A stretch of DNA of 64,000 bases from Felis catus. Taxonomy: Eukaryota. The position numbers and the translations under genes were made by a program. The DNA lies in assembly GCF_018350175.1 (NCBI RefSeq), contig NC_058368.1:104596001-104660000 (forward strand), read 5' to 3'. A model generated the notes under the pieces. That model did no database searches, was not told where the DNA came from, and saw only the letters and a list, made by a program, of their open reading frames with translations. Of the stretch, positions 36,771-49,750 are shown piece by piece (position 1 is the stretch's first letter; every line of letters starts with the position of its first letter).

Positions 36771-37651
36771 TTCAAGTATATTTTAAAGCCTTATATCAGT
36801 ATTGCTACTCCAGCTTTCTTTTTGTTTCTATTTTCATGGAATGTCATTTTCCATCTGGTCACTTTCTGTGTATGTCTTTAGTTCTGAAGCAAGTCTCTTG
36901 TAGGCAGCAAATAAACATGTTTTTTTAATCCATTCTGTCCCATTTGTCTTTTGATTGGAGCATTTAGTCTGTTCACACTTAAAGGAATTACTGATAGGTA
37001 TGTACTTTTGGACATTTTGTTGTTTGCTGGTTGTTCTTGTAGTTCTCTGTTCTTCTTCTCTTGCTCTTTTCCCTTGTAATTTGGTGACTTTCTTGAGAGT
37101 TAGGTTTATATTCCTTTCTCTTCTGTGCATGTGTATCTCTTATAGGTATTGGGTTTGAGGTTACCATGAGGTTCATATATAGCTTCCTATATGTATAGAA
37201 ATCTATTGTGAATTGATGGTCACTAAGTGTGACCATCATGTTCTCGAAGTACTATATTTTTACTTCTCCACCCACATTTTAGGTTTTTAAGATCGTATGT
37301 TCTATATCTTCTTAGTTTGTGTATCTTTTGACTAATAGTTGTAGGTCTAGATGATTTTACTAGTTTGCCTTTTAGTTTGCATACTGGTTGATCCAATCTG
37401 TTTACCATACATGTAGTTTTACCAGTGAGATTTTTTTCATAATTTGTTAATTTCTAGTTATGGCCTTGTCTTATCCATTGAAAGAAACGCTTTTAACATG
37501 CCTTATAAGGCTGGTTTGGTGTTGATAAACTCCTTTAGCTTCTGTGTGTCTAGGATACTAGTTTGCAAAGTTGCTGCAGAAAAACAAACTGATAGTGATT
37601 CTCTTGTACATAACTAGTTGTTTTTCTCTTGTTGCTTTTAAGATTCTCTCT

Positions 37652-37878
37652 CTTTTTTAATAGATTTTTTTAAAGTTTATTTTTTTATTTTGAGAGAGGC
37701 AGAGACAGCTGGCGTGGGGAAGGGGCAGAAAGAGAGGGATGTAGAGAGAATCCCAAGCAGGCTCTGCACTACCTGCCCAGAGCCTGATGCGGGGCTTGAA
37801 CTCATGAAACTGCGAGATCATGACCTGAGCCGAAACCAAGAGTCGGATGCTTAACTGACTGAGCCACCCAGGTGCCTC
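37652..37878 (-). mobile_element. CAN-SINE (Fc2-like) nested in L1
   Basis: TSD taagattctctct (37639, 37879). Confidence 0.95.
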
Positions 37879-38202
37879 TAAGATTCTCTCTTTAACTGTT
37901 GACACTGTATTTTAATGTGTCTTGGTGTGGGGTAAACTTTGGATTTATCTTATTTGGGACTATGTTTTCTTCTAGGATTTGGATGTCTGTTTTCTTCATC
38001 AGTGTAGGGAAGTTTGTAGCCACTATTTTTCTAGTAGGTTTCTGATTTTTCCTATATCTTCTCCTTCTGGGATCCCTATAATGTGAATGTTAGTGTGCTT
38101 GATGTTCTAGAGGTCTTCCAAGCTGTCCTTGCTTTTAAAAATTCCTTTTTCTTTTTGTTTTTCTGATTATTTCTAGAATCTTGTTTTCAGATCACGGATT
38201 CT

Positions 38203-38268
38203 TTCTTTTCTTTCTTTCTTTCTTTCTTTCTTTCGTGAGTGAACGTGAGCATACGAGCAGGGGAGAGG

Positions 38269-38323
<55 letters not shown>

Positions 38324-38444
38324 TCAAGCAGACTCTACTCTCAGCATGGAGCCCAATGAAGGGCTCAATCCCACTATCCTGGGATTATGACCTGACCCAA
38401 ATCAAGAGTTGGGTGCTTAACCCACTAACCCACCCAGGCATCCC
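38203..38444 (-). mobile_element. CAN-SINE (Fc2-like) nested in L1 with long (GA)n
   Basis: tatgacctgacccaaatcaagag...cacccaggcatccc; (TTTC)n tail. Confidence 0.9.
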
Positions 38445-38974
38445 TTCTGCATCATTTAATCTGCTTTTGATTCCCTCTAGTGTTTTTTTCATTTCAATTG
38501 TATTTTTCAGCTGTCTTTTTAATATTTTCTGTCTCTGTGTTTAAGCTCTCACTGTGTTCATTCATTTTTCTCCTGAGTTCAGAGACTATTGCTGAGTTAT
38601 GATAATTACTTTAAACTCTTAGATACCAGCTTAGTAATCATACTATGTGTTCAATGGAAAATACTTTTTAGAAGATATTCTCGTAGGTGTATGACTTCCT
38701 ATTCTAATTTTGTCAATAACATATTCCTGCAGAACTATGAAAAGCCATTGTTCCTTTGTCTTGTAGCAGTATTGCAGATGAGAAGTTTGACATTTTTATT
38801 TCACTTTTTCTGTAAGTAACTTTTTCTTGATGCTCTTTTAGTTTTATTTCTTTTGGTGTTCAGTTTTGTAAGGATGGTTTTGGGACTGAGCATCTGTATA
38901 TTTGCTCTAGTTAATATTCAATCTTAAATCTTATTGCTTTGTTTTCTTTCGGTTCTGTGATTTTTTTACTATTT

Positions 38975-39392
38975 CTTTTTAAAAATTATATCTAATTTAC
39001 ATGCCATAGGATTCACTGTTTTCAAGCACGTATCAATGTTTTTTTGCATATTCACAAAGGTTTGCAACCATAACCACTGTCTAGTTTTAGAACATTGACA
39101 TCATTCTCAGAAGAAACCCCATTGCCATTATCCTTCATTCCCCATTCTTCCTTCCCCCAGCCCCTAGAAACCATCAATCTACTTTGTTTCTATGATTTTA
39201 TGTATTCTGGATATTTCATATACATGGAATCATACAACATATGGCCTTTTGTATCTGCTTTCTTTCATTTGGTGGAATGTTTTCAAGATTCATCCATATC
39301 ATAGTATATATCCGTACCTCATTCCTTCTTATGGCTGAACAATATGTCGTTGTCTGTATAATCCACATTTTATTGTTTTTATGTATCCACTC
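38975..39392 (-). mobile_element. L1MB-like 3' end
   Basis: tgcaaccataaccactgtctagttttagaacatt...cagcccctagaaacc...tggaatcatacaacatatggcc. Confidence 0.85.
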
Positions 39393-40029
39393 CTCTTTCT
39401 TTAATTTTTTCCACATTCATTTCCTTCAGATTTGTTTAGCTGGGTTGTAGGACTTTTTATATGGATTCTCTACGATTTTAACCTTTTTTTTTCATACCTT
39501 TGATTCCTTTGTTTTTGTTGAATATATTAGAAGATTTCCTTGGTTTTAATTTTTAACCCTTTTATTACATGTAAAAATCTTTAGCAAGCATATTTTTAAT
39601 TTCCAGTAACTTTCTTATTTTTGTTTGTTCCTTTTATTTTAATAGGAAGCCTCTTTGGTTTGTTCTATTTTTGTCTACACAACCTTTAGTTCCCGTTTTA
39701 TTGAGCATTTATCTAGATGTCCTGAGATAATTTAAGATGTCCCCAAATAGTTCTTTCGAAGGAGGTGAGGATCATTTCTTTAGGTAGTCATATCCACTGT
39801 GATGTGAATTGTATAAAATAAGGTCTTTTGGACTGTCTGGTACTTTCTCTCCCTTCTGCTTCTGAGTTTATCGGAATAGCTTAATGCCTTTATTAATTTT
39901 GGAGCCAGTCCTTCTGTTTGTCACCACTCTGTTCTGCTCTACAAGTGGATAAACTGTCCGGGACAGCTTGAGACCAAGTCAGATGTCACCAACTTCAGCC
40001 TTCTTTCCCTGCATACGTTTGTGCTTCTT

Positions 40030-40195
40030 CTTTAAACTTAGACTTATTGCAGTATAATTGACATTCAGCAAAATTCATCCTTTCAAGATACTTAGTTTGA
40101 TGAGTTTTGATAAGTGCATGTAGTCATGTTACTAGCATCATAAACAAGATAGAGAATAGTTTGCTCAATGCAAAACTTTGCTCTGGGTTCCTTCT
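40030..40195 (-). mobile_element. Short L1M 3' fragment
   Basis: gtataattgacattcagcaaaattcatcc...gtttgatgagttttgataa. Confidence 0.65.
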
Positions 40196-40888
40196 CAAAT
40201 CTGCCATCTTGGCTGTGGATTACTTTGGGTGTTGGTAGGAATCAGTCCTGTAGGTGACTGTCATTGCTTTCCCCTGCTGCTCTGTGGTTCTTCTGCTCTT
40301 ACAAGGATCTCTACTAACCAGCAGGACCAGGGGTCTGACTGTGAGCTCTGTGGGTGGGACGCGCTGAGAGGAAGGCCTTCCTTGAGGGCACGTCAGTATG
40401 GAGTGGGTAGGCAGCATTTCTGCAGCTCAGATTCCACAGTCTGTAGTTGTTTTGATGCAAGGGGATTGGAATGAGGTGGGAGGAGCTCCCTGGACTAGAT
40501 ATTTCATAAATACTCCTTTAGCTAATTACACTGGGTACTCCTCCTCCTGTTTCTGCTCTTGTTTCTTACCAACCTCACGTTTAAGGGCTCCTAGGACGCG
40601 GTGGTGAGAAATGGCTCCCACCTCTGTGGTAGCCTTCTTATATTTGCGTTCTGGGTCTCAGCTTCCTTCATTCTGGTTTATCTAGTAATATGATCCCATT
40701 TTCTTTCTTACTTATCAAAATATGTCTCTCACTGATAGTCTTCCCCCCTACTCAGCGTTACTCTAGCTGTATTTCTTTGTCATACATGCTGTGTGAATGT
40801 TGTGAGGGAGTGGAAGTCAACACATATGCTTGGTGTGCCATCTTGAAGTGCAAGGGTTGAAGGGACCGAATCATAAGAATCTATGGTA

Positions 40889-41015
40889 GGGATGCCTGGG
40901 TGGCTCAGTGGGTTAAGTGTCCAACTCTTGGGTTTCAGCTCAGGTCATGATCTTGTGGTTCATGAGATGGAGCCCCATATTGGGCTCTACCCTGACAGTG
41001 CAGGGCCTGCTTGGG

Positions 41016-41078
<63 letters not shown>

Positions 41079-41137
41079 GACCTTCCTCTGCTCATGCTCT
41101 CTCTCTCTTTCTCAAAAATAAATAAACTTAAAAAAAA
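40889..41137 (+). mobile_element. CAN-SINE (Fc2-like) with long (CT)n
   Basis: Perfect TSD aagaatctatggta (40875, 41138). Confidence 0.96.
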
Positions 41138-41597
41138 AAGAATCTATGGTATATATGAGAGATCAGCAAGTAGTCCCATTACTTGAATGTCCTCTCAGGT
41201 GAAACATTTCAGGTAAAAGAAGATATGTGATCTCTACCAGTGAATAGGCTCCTTGACTCCTGTTACCATTAGCATGTACTTTGGCTCTCCACATTGGAAT
41301 TATTTATTTGTTTTTGAGTAAAATAAAATAGATTCCTAATTAAAAGAAAAACGAGCAGAATCGCAGTTTCAAGAAGTGTCCCAAGGACCCTTAGGTATTG
41401 GCATCTTAGAGAAGTTTAGTTTTAAACCCTATAAATAGGGCCTCACGGCAGGTTGCTTTCCCAGCCCATATAACATGTTCGTGATATCGATAGAAGCTAC
41501 AATTTTAATTTTTACTAATGTGGCACAGAGAAGCTTGATCTAGGTCATAAATTCAAAAGACAGTCAAAATATCGTATTGAAGTCTAGGGTGAATATG

Positions 41598-41819
41598 ATT
41601 TTTTTTTAATAGTTATTTTTTGAGAGAGAGAGAGAGAGAGGGAGAGAGAAAGTACAAGAGCAAGCAATGGAGGGGCAGAGAGAGAGGGGGGCACAGAGGA
41701 TCCAAAGTGGGCTCTGCACTGACATCAGAGAGCCTGAAATGGAGCTCTTACTCACGAACCGTGAGATCGTGACCTGAGCCAAGTCGGACGCTCGACCGAA
41801 GGAGCCACCCAGGCACCCC
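41598..41819 (-). mobile_element. CAN-SINE
   Basis: gagatcgtgacctgagcc...ggagccacccaggcacccc. Confidence 0.92.
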
Positions 41820-42317
41820 TAACAGAGTGAGTACAAAAATACAGAATTTGCAATGCCTCACCGCTAATTTGTTCTGGGAAAATAAAAGCTTTAGAAAAGG
41901 AGAATAACTTTAAAAACAAAATCAAAGCACTTATGTCTCATTCCAAACCGTCGCTTACCACGAAGATACCTTTCATATTTGGTCTTTTCTTTCTCTTTTT
42001 AAAAATTGTAGCGAGGGGAGAAGGGGAAGTCTATTAAAAGAAATATTCTGTCTTTGCATTGCAAAGAAAGAAGCTTACTGCAGACACAGTTTGGAGCAGA
42101 TAGTCTGTAATTTCCTCACCATGGGCTCGTGTAGTTACAATATTCTGTCAATAAGTTCTGTGCGTTCCATGAGGAGGGAGTGGAAGAGAGGGAGGCCATA
42201 GCTTTGAAACCTGTCATGAGAGGTTGGTGCCAAGCATGTTCTTTTGATCACCATATTTCTGCTGGCCCTTACCTGAGATCTCTTTTGTTGTCCTTCCTTA
42301 GAATACGTGGACATATT

Positions 42318-42540
42318 GGGACGCCTGGGTGGCTCAGTCAGTTAAGCGTCTGACTTCGGCTCAGGTCATGATCTCGCGGTTCGTGAGTTTGAGCCCCGCG
42401 TCCGGCTCTGGGCTGACGGCTCAGAGCCTGGAGCCTGCTTGATTCTGTGTCTCCCTCTCTCTCTCTGCCCCTCCCCCGTTCATGCTCTGTCTCTCCCTGT
42501 CTCAAAAATAAATAAAACGTTAAAAAAAAAAACTTAAAAA
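42318..42540 (+). mobile_element. CAN-SINE (SINEC_Fc-like), young
   Basis: Perfect 18 bp TSD agaatacgtggacatatt (42300, 42541). Confidence 0.97.
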
Positions 42541-43439
42541 AGAATACGTGGACATATTGAAGGGCCATAGTAGGGGCCCTTGTATTTGAGATGGTGAAAA
42601 ATCTGACTTTGACCTTGCAAAGCCCTATCAGGGATGCTACCCTACAGGATGACTTTGCTCCTGATACGTGATTTTATGCAGGTCAGTGATGTTTTGGGTA
42701 AAGCTGTCACCCCAGGCGTGGAATCTAACCCAGCTCTGTCATAAACGTCTAATTAGAACGGTTTCTACCTTTATACGGGCTCCGTTTCTCACCTGTAAAG
42801 AGGGCATCGTAACATATGCCCGTCTTACCTGAAGTAACAGGTGCACCAAGGTGCCTCAGTTTTGGAAAGCACAAAGCTCCCTGCAAATGGACGACTGTTA
42901 CTGTGGCTTCCTTTTCCCCTGCTCTAGTTCCATGCCTGGCCCTGCCCACAAAAACCAGCCGCTCCTGCTTGTTCTGTGACCTGGGGTGGCACCGTGGGCC
43001 CTCATGCATTGGGCTCTGTCACTGTCTGCCAGTAGTCACTCGGGTCGTTTGCCGATAATGCCCTCCCTGCCTGTGGGGCTGGGCCGCTCTCCAACAGCCG
43101 GCCTCTCTGGAGTCAGGCTCTGCCTCACTGTCTGCCTTATTGTCCCACACCCAGACCTGGTCACACCACAGTGGCCTCTCCCAGTCCCGGGTCACAAGGC
43201 CTGGGGGCCAGCCCTGAGCTGGAGATGAGGAAAGACGGGGGAGGTGCTGATTGAGTTTGTGTGTGAGCGTGCAAGGGTGAGGCTGAGCTGAGCTCACACA
43301 TGAAGAATTTGAGGAATTGGGTGTAGGGAGAAGTTGTAGAAAGGGAAGCGCGTGTTGGGTGGGTGTGAAAGCAGCTAGTCCTGTGTGAGTGCGGAGGAAG
43401 CTAGACCAGGATGTGGATCTGTGAGCTTGACTTTGCTTG

Positions 43440-43470
<31 letters not shown>

Positions 43471-43626
43471 TCATTTCCCCCAGGGCTCCTGTGCCCTGTG
43501 GGCTTATTTCCCCTCCATTGTGTCTCTTCCCCTCCTCACTTAGCTGGGAGGGGACTGGGAGGGGGCTGGGAGGAAATGAGAAGCTCTGAGAGAGAGACAC
43601 AGAGAGACATATACACGCACTGAGAA

Positions 43627-43668
<42 letters not shown>

Positions 43669-43989
43669 TCGCACTGCCCTCCAGCTGCCACAGCAGAAAT
43701 GACGACAATAACCTGGCTTTCTGTCTGGACAGCGGGAAACCTTGGAAAAGCATGATGTGTGGGGAATTCTATCATTTGGACTTTGTTCTGAAAGGAAAAG
43801 TGAACAAATGAAAGAAATGGAAACAAGAGAGGCATATGTGAAAAAAAAAAAAAAAAGGACGGGGCTTGTTCATTAGTGAATTTTTATGGTGGCTAAAATT
43901 TTTAGGTTTTGGTAACTAAAAATGGGGTGTAGGCAGCCCATGAGACCGTCCTCTCCCTTCCTGTGGCGTGCCCGTCTCATCCCCCGAGT

Positions 43990-44035
43990 GTCATGTAACA
44001 TGGCGAGCCACGGCAACATGGCGGGTGGGCGGTGT
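43990..44035. promoter_or_regulatory. Tandem YY1-like motifs plus GC box
   Basis: aacatggcg at 43997 and 44015; gggcgg at 44026. Confidence 0.25.
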
Positions 44036-44469
44036 GTCTGAGAATGAGCAGTGTGAAGCGTTCCATCATGCTTTTTTCTCAGACCCAGTTCTTGGAGTCC
44101 CATTCATCAGGGAGAGGGTTGAGCTCATGGCAGGGGAAGCTGATAAGTCAAAGTGAAGCATGAAACCCTAGGTCGATAACCTGGAGCCCACAGGCTTGGA
44201 GCTGGCTGTGTTGCCCTCCTCCTGCAACGCTGGCCTTCCAGGCGAGAAGCCACAGAGGTCTAGGGCTGTGTGACCATCGCGGGAAGGGACACACGTGAGA
44301 TACTGCTCTGGGAACCCCCAGAGTTGGAGTTGCTGCTTCGCCCTCAGAAGAAAAGAAAATCCCCGGGTCAAGAGATTCACAAAGTGGAGTGATTGAAGGA
44401 AAAGAAAGAACAAGTGTTGAGTGTGTCTGGAAAGGAGACTGTGTGATTACCTGATTACTAGTACATTCC

Positions 44470-44620
44470 AACTGTCTTATTCCTGATAGCAGCCCAGCGA
44501 AGCAAGTCAGCTTTATCATCCTATTGTGAAGATGAGGAGACTGAGGCACAGGTGGTTTATTTGCCAAAGTCAGACGGCCTTGTGGAGCATTCTGGAAGCT
44601 TTATGGAGCTCCCAGCCTCT
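44470..44620 (-). mobile_element. MIR remnant
   Basis: atcatcctattgtgaagatgaggagactgaggcacag. Confidence 0.7.
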
Positions 44621-45489
44621 TTTGTTCCAAAGTTTGTATTATTCCCCCTATGGGAATAATACAAGAAAAGCGTATCATGTCTTGGTTACCCAACTGAGCT
44701 TTGATATTGTAGTGCTGAAGGAGTATCTGAGGCTGTCTATTCTCTCTCTTTCAATATCTGCATTTCCAAGTTGAAGAGACCACATTACCCAGGGTCAGGT
44801 AAGGCAGGTTTAGAATGCTTTCCCATCTCAGTAAGGGGAACTACCGTCTATTCAAGCCCTCTAGCTAAAAGCCTGGGTGATACCTTGGTGGCTCTCTTTC
44901 AGCTCACATATGGGGTCCAACTCTCATGTATCCAGTCCTTCCCCTTCTCTCTCCTGAATTTATACAATAATCTCCTAATCAGTATTTTTAATTCCTTGTT
45001 CCACCTGTTAGCCATAGTGATCTTTAAAAAAAAAAAAAGAGGCTGTCACTTCTCTGCTTTAAGCACATCAAATACATCCTATATTCTTAAGTTAAAATCT
45101 CATCTCCTCACTGTGGCTCCTAGGCCCTTCATGAGCTAACCCTGTTCTCCTGGCCTCACATAGGGTCTCTGTCCATCCTAGGGGCTATCTCCTTTCTGTG
45201 ACTTCAACTTTTTCTCGTCTTGGGCCGAGATGCCTGAAATGTTCTTCCTTGGACTCTGGCCAGATTCATCAAACCTACTTAAATATCAGAGAAGACTTCC
45301 CTAAGCGCCATACTGGAAGCACCTGCCAACAGTTGCTATCTGTCACACTTGTCCATTTCTTTCTTTCAGAGCATTCTTCACTATCTGAAAGCTTTCTGGT
45401 TATCTGTGAATGTGTTAATCGTTTTTCTCCCTTAGAATGTAAGCTCTTTGAAGACCAGGAATTTCCCATTTTGTTTATCCCTGTTTTCT

Positions 45490-45700
45490 TCTTTTCTTTG
45501 TCTTTTTAAATGTTTATTTATTTTTGAGGGAGAGAGACAGAACATGAGTGGGGAGGAGCAGAGAGAGAGGGAGACACAGAAGCAGGCTCCAGATTGAGCT
45601 GTCAGCACAGAGTCCAACGTGGGGCTTGAACTCACCAGCTGCAAGATAATGATCTGAGCTGAAGTCAGATGCTTAACTGACTGAGCCACCCAGATGCCCC
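45490..45700 (-). mobile_element. CAN-SINE, 3' member of tandem pair
   Basis: Full head and tail. Confidence 0.93.
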
Positions 45701-45914
45701 TTTTTAACTTTTTTTTTTTTAACATTTATTTATTTTTGCAAGACAGAGCATGAGTAGGGGAGGGGCAGGGAGAGAGGAGACACAGAATCCAAAGCAGGCT
45801 CCAGGCTCTGAGCTGTCAGCACAGAGCCTGGTGCGGGGCTTGAACCCATGAACCGTGAGATCATGACCTGAGCCCACTTTGGACACTCAACCGATGGAGC
45901 CACCTAGGTGTCCC
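45701..45914 (-). mobile_element. CAN-SINE, 5' member of tandem pair
   Basis: Shared TSD gtt(t/c)atccctgttttct at 45473 and 45917. Confidence 0.93.
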
Positions 45915-46456
45915 AAGTTCATCCCTGTTTTCTAAGGCTTAACCCAGTGCCTGAAACATATAAAATGCTTTAAAATATTTGTTGAATAAATGACCACATA
46001 AGCTCAGGCTTCTTGATGCTTAGGCCAGAGTTCCTTACTTCACTAGCCCTTAATACATAAGGTTTGTGACATATTTGAGAGATGGAAAACAGGAAGTTTG
46101 CCCCCCCGGCAGCTAGTCGAGTCAGGAGAGTGGCTAACTGGGAAGAAGAAAGAGAGCCTGAACACGGGATGGGGAGCGTGGGAAGGGAGATCAGAGATGG
46201 AGTCATGGCTGGTCTGTGCCAAGATCTCCAGTGAATATTTCTTGAATTCTCCACAAACATTTGTGATGGAGTCTTATTACACATAACAGCAAATTCCAAA
46301 GCAGCAGTGACAGCAGGGAAGAATAAAAGGCTAAGGAAGCAAGTCCTGAGAAGAGAAAGTAGCTTTCTCTTGGATAACAGTTCCTTCATCTCAGCATTTT
46401 GCATGAATTTCACATATTTTTATTTGCACATTTGCCTTGAAAATAAAAATGAGCTG

Positions 46457-46850
46457 CATGGAACTAGGGGGTATTGTGCTAAGCACAATTAGCCAGCCAG
46501 AGAAAGAAAAAGATCCTGTGACTTCACTCATATGTGGAATGTAAGATACAAAACAGATGAACATAGGGGAAGGAAGCAAAAATAATATAAAAACAGGAAG
46601 GGGGACAAAACATAAGAGACTCTTAAATACAGAGAACAAACAGAGGGTTGCTGGTGGGTGGGGAGATGGCTACATGGGTGAGGGGCCTTGAGGAGGACAC
46701 TCGTTGGGATGAGCCCTGGGTGTTACATGTAGGGGATGAATCACTGGATTCTACTCCTGAAATCAGTATTGCACTATATGCTAACTAACTTGGATGTAAA
46801 TTAAAAAAAAAAAAAAAGAAAGAAAACAATTTTAAACAAATAATGAAATA
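46457..46850 (+). mobile_element. 5'-truncated carnivore/felid L1 3' end
   Basis: ttcactcatatgtggaat...gactcttaaatacagagaacaaac...gatgaatcactggattctactcctgaaa...tatgctaactaact then poly-A. Confidence 0.92.
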
Positions 46851-48793
46851 AAACAGGGAAGTAAACTAGATGTTGAACTTGATGCAAGATTGCACCTGTG
46901 ATTCACAGTTCTTCTTTGTCTTTGGCTTACTTTATAATAAACTTGATGAAGAGTCTATAAAATAAAAAAGAAAAGAAAGGAAAAATGATCTTACTTACCT
47001 GATTTCAAAATGGAAATGGTTAAAGCTTACTTAAAGTTTTTCTTGCTATTTATGCTTCTAGTAACTGCAAAGCCTACGTGGCATATTCTGAGATATCAAG
47101 AAGGTCACTGCCCCGCAAAATTATCTTCCCCATTCTGCTCAAAGTACAGTGTGGCTTTAAAATGCTAAGAATTGATAACAAATACTGAGAATTGATGATG
47201 TTCCAACCTGTGAACCTTGACCATAACGCACAGACTTCGGGGACCTTGAAGACTCTCTCTGTATTCTATTCCAGGTGACAGGATGTAGTAGACCCCTCAC
47301 AAAATATTTGCTGGTAAACGAATGCATATATGGTACTATGCCACATACTTGGGAAACAGACATCCCTCTCCTTCGAGTGCATAGTAGATGTTCAATAAGG
47401 GTTTATTATTTTGTTTAAGGTGTTTGATAGTGGGGAAACAGCTAGGAGATTGGAGCACAAAGTGGGACAGGGTAAATGTCCCAAGAGAAGTTGCCAACAA
47501 GTAATATGGAGATGTAAAGAAAGAAATGAGGACTTGGAATTTCAGGATCAGGGAGAGTTTTGTGAAGGGAAAGTATTTAAAGATTTAAAAAAAATGGGCA
47601 CTCATGTATTGAATGGGTGAGTGTACTTTGTCAAAGGGCAGAATATGCTGGGGAAAAACAACAACAACAACCCCCAAACAGAAAACGTCACGAGTGGAGT
47701 GTAAGACTCATGCTCCTCTCCACGTTGAGGAGATCGAGCTGTTGAGGCTCAGATTCCAGAGGAAGGAATTGGCAATGGGAATAACTCTTGAATCACAAAC
47801 AGGAGTGTGCAAATGACTCTTTTGAGCCTTCATCTCACCTTGCTACAAGTAAATTCAGTGTGTCATTTGGGGGCTCTTCTCCCTCCCTCGGTATCTCAGA
47901 GACTTTTGGGGTTTCTTGAAAAACAGAACTTGCCCCTAATTTTTTGGCTCATACTGGTAGTTCTATTGTTACAGCTGTCACAGAACCTTAAAGGTAGTGG
48001 TTGTTTCTGGACTCTCTTTGAGCTGCAGTGATCTTCATTCACATAGGAGCCCTGTTGTCCCGGGGACGGTCTGTCTTGTTTTACACCTGTCCTGCCCCTC
48101 AGAAGCCCTGGCTGCTCCCCCAGAGACTGTCGGGAGTAAACACAGGTCTCTGCTGTTAGTAGAGACCACCATGCTTTTCTCATGTAGGGCAGACTCTGTT
48201 TTCTCCTTTGCCCCATCTTCCTCTGCCTCCCTCCAACATAATCCACCCGAGGGACCGAAGCCCCTGAATTCCAAACAGCAGGCAAGGTTAGTAGGGAATT
48301 TGCTTTGAAGCATCTGCTGCAAAGCTCCCCTGAAGCAAGGCAGCAATTAACCTGGCTACTTGGTTGGCGTAGGAGAAGACATCACTGGTAATACAAAGCA
48401 CACATTAATAGTTCAATTAAACTGTCCAACATCTACTTGATTGGGTGGGGCAATGAGAAGCCACCGAAAGTAAGTAATTGTGTTAGCATTTATTGTTCAT
48501 TTTTTTTCTTCCATTGGTTTAAAGATGAAGGGGAAAATGCCAACCAAAAAGAAAAAAAAATGGTGGGGGATGCTAGCCTCTGGATTTGGTGGACACTGTC
48601 TTATAGGCAACCCCTTCTAAACTGGCCAGCTATCTCCTGGATGTTCGTCTCCTTTTCCCTTTACTTTGGGTGGCCCTAGTCACAGAACAAGGAGTTTCCT
48701 GTTGCATGTTGGTGATAATCAACTCTTCATTTTTTCCTAGATGTCATATTAACTTGAAGGTTATCTTAGCAGATATTGGACCTGAGACCATTT

Positions 48794-49014
48794 AAAAAAA
48801 ATTTTTTTTTTTAATGTTTATCTATTTTGAGGGAGAGAGAAACAGAGTGCAAGCAGGGGAGGAGCAGAGAGAGAGGGAGACACAGAATCTGAAGCAGGCT
48901 CCAGGCTCTGAGCTGTCAGCACAGAGCCCGATGTGGGACTCGAACCCACGAACCTTGAGATCATGACCTGAGCCGAAGTCAGACGCTCAACCGACTGAGC
49001 TACCCAGGCACCCC
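48794..49014 (-). mobile_element. CAN-SINE (SINEC_Fc-like)
   Basis: Near-consensus; flanking repeat ctgagacca. Confidence 0.95.
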
Positions 49015-49044
49015 CTGAGACCAATTTTTAAATAAGGCTTCTAG

Positions 49045-49750
49045 GTTGGTAGAAATTGCACTGAGTCAAGGAACAGGAATCTAGAAAACGGTGATTTAAA
49101 AAATTAGAGATTTTCAGGGGTGCCTGGGTGGCTCAGTCAGTTAAACGTTGGACTCTTGATTTTGGTTTAGGTTATGATCTTCTTGTTCGTGGGTTCAAGC
49201 CCTAAATTAGGCTCTGTGCTGACAGTGTTGAGACTACTTGGGATTCTCTCTCTCTCCCTCTCCCTCTGCCCCTCGTGTGGTCTCTCTCTTTCTCAAAATA
49301 AATAAACTAAAAAAAAAAAATTGAGGTTTTCTTATTCTTACATTTGGAAGTAGAAGGTCTAGTACTGATACTGGGGTTTCATGCAGCCCCCAGGACCGTC
49401 TTATGTTTCCCCTCAGGAATCCTTTACCTCGTTCTTGGGGCATCGAGGTTATAATATGGTCACTCCACCTATTACATCATGTATCCAGACAGGAAGAAGG
49501 GCAAGGACAAAGGATCTAGTCAGCCGAGGCTACCTGCCTTTTGAAGGGCTTTCCCAAAAGTCCCATCTGGTGACTTTGACCTATACTTCATTGTCCTGAA
49601 ATGTGTCGTGTGGCCATCCGTAGATGCAAGGGAGGCTGGGAATTGTAGCTTTCAGCTGGGCTCATTACCACCCTGACAAAAATTAAGGTTCTGTTAGTAA
49701 AGAAGAAAGGAGAATGGATATCAAGTAGGCACCTAGCCACGACTGCCACA
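49045..49750 (-). mobile_element. MaLR LTR (MLT1J-like) split by a SINE
   Basis: tggccatccgtagatgcaagggaggctgggaattgtagc...ggttctgttagtaaagaagaaaggagaatggata...ctgccaca. Confidence 0.8.
49117..49320 (+). mobile_element. CAN-SINE (Fc2-like)
   Basis: ggggtgcctgggtggctcag head, A tail, degenerate TSD. Confidence 0.94.

Larger units (their letters stand above)
32715..38580 (-). mobile_element. Decayed long L1 (L1_Carn/L1MA9-like): 3' UTR, ORF2 and part of ORF1
   Basis: Minus-strand ORF2 peptides [61 protein letters not shown]; many stops/frameshifts; three nested SINEs. Confidence 0.95.
44810..45993 (+). mobile_element. L2 3' remnant with nested SINE pair
   Basis: ttcccatctcagtaag...tagaatgtaagctctttgaagacc...cagtgcctgaaacata...aaatatttgttgaataaatga. 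Confidence 0.85.
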
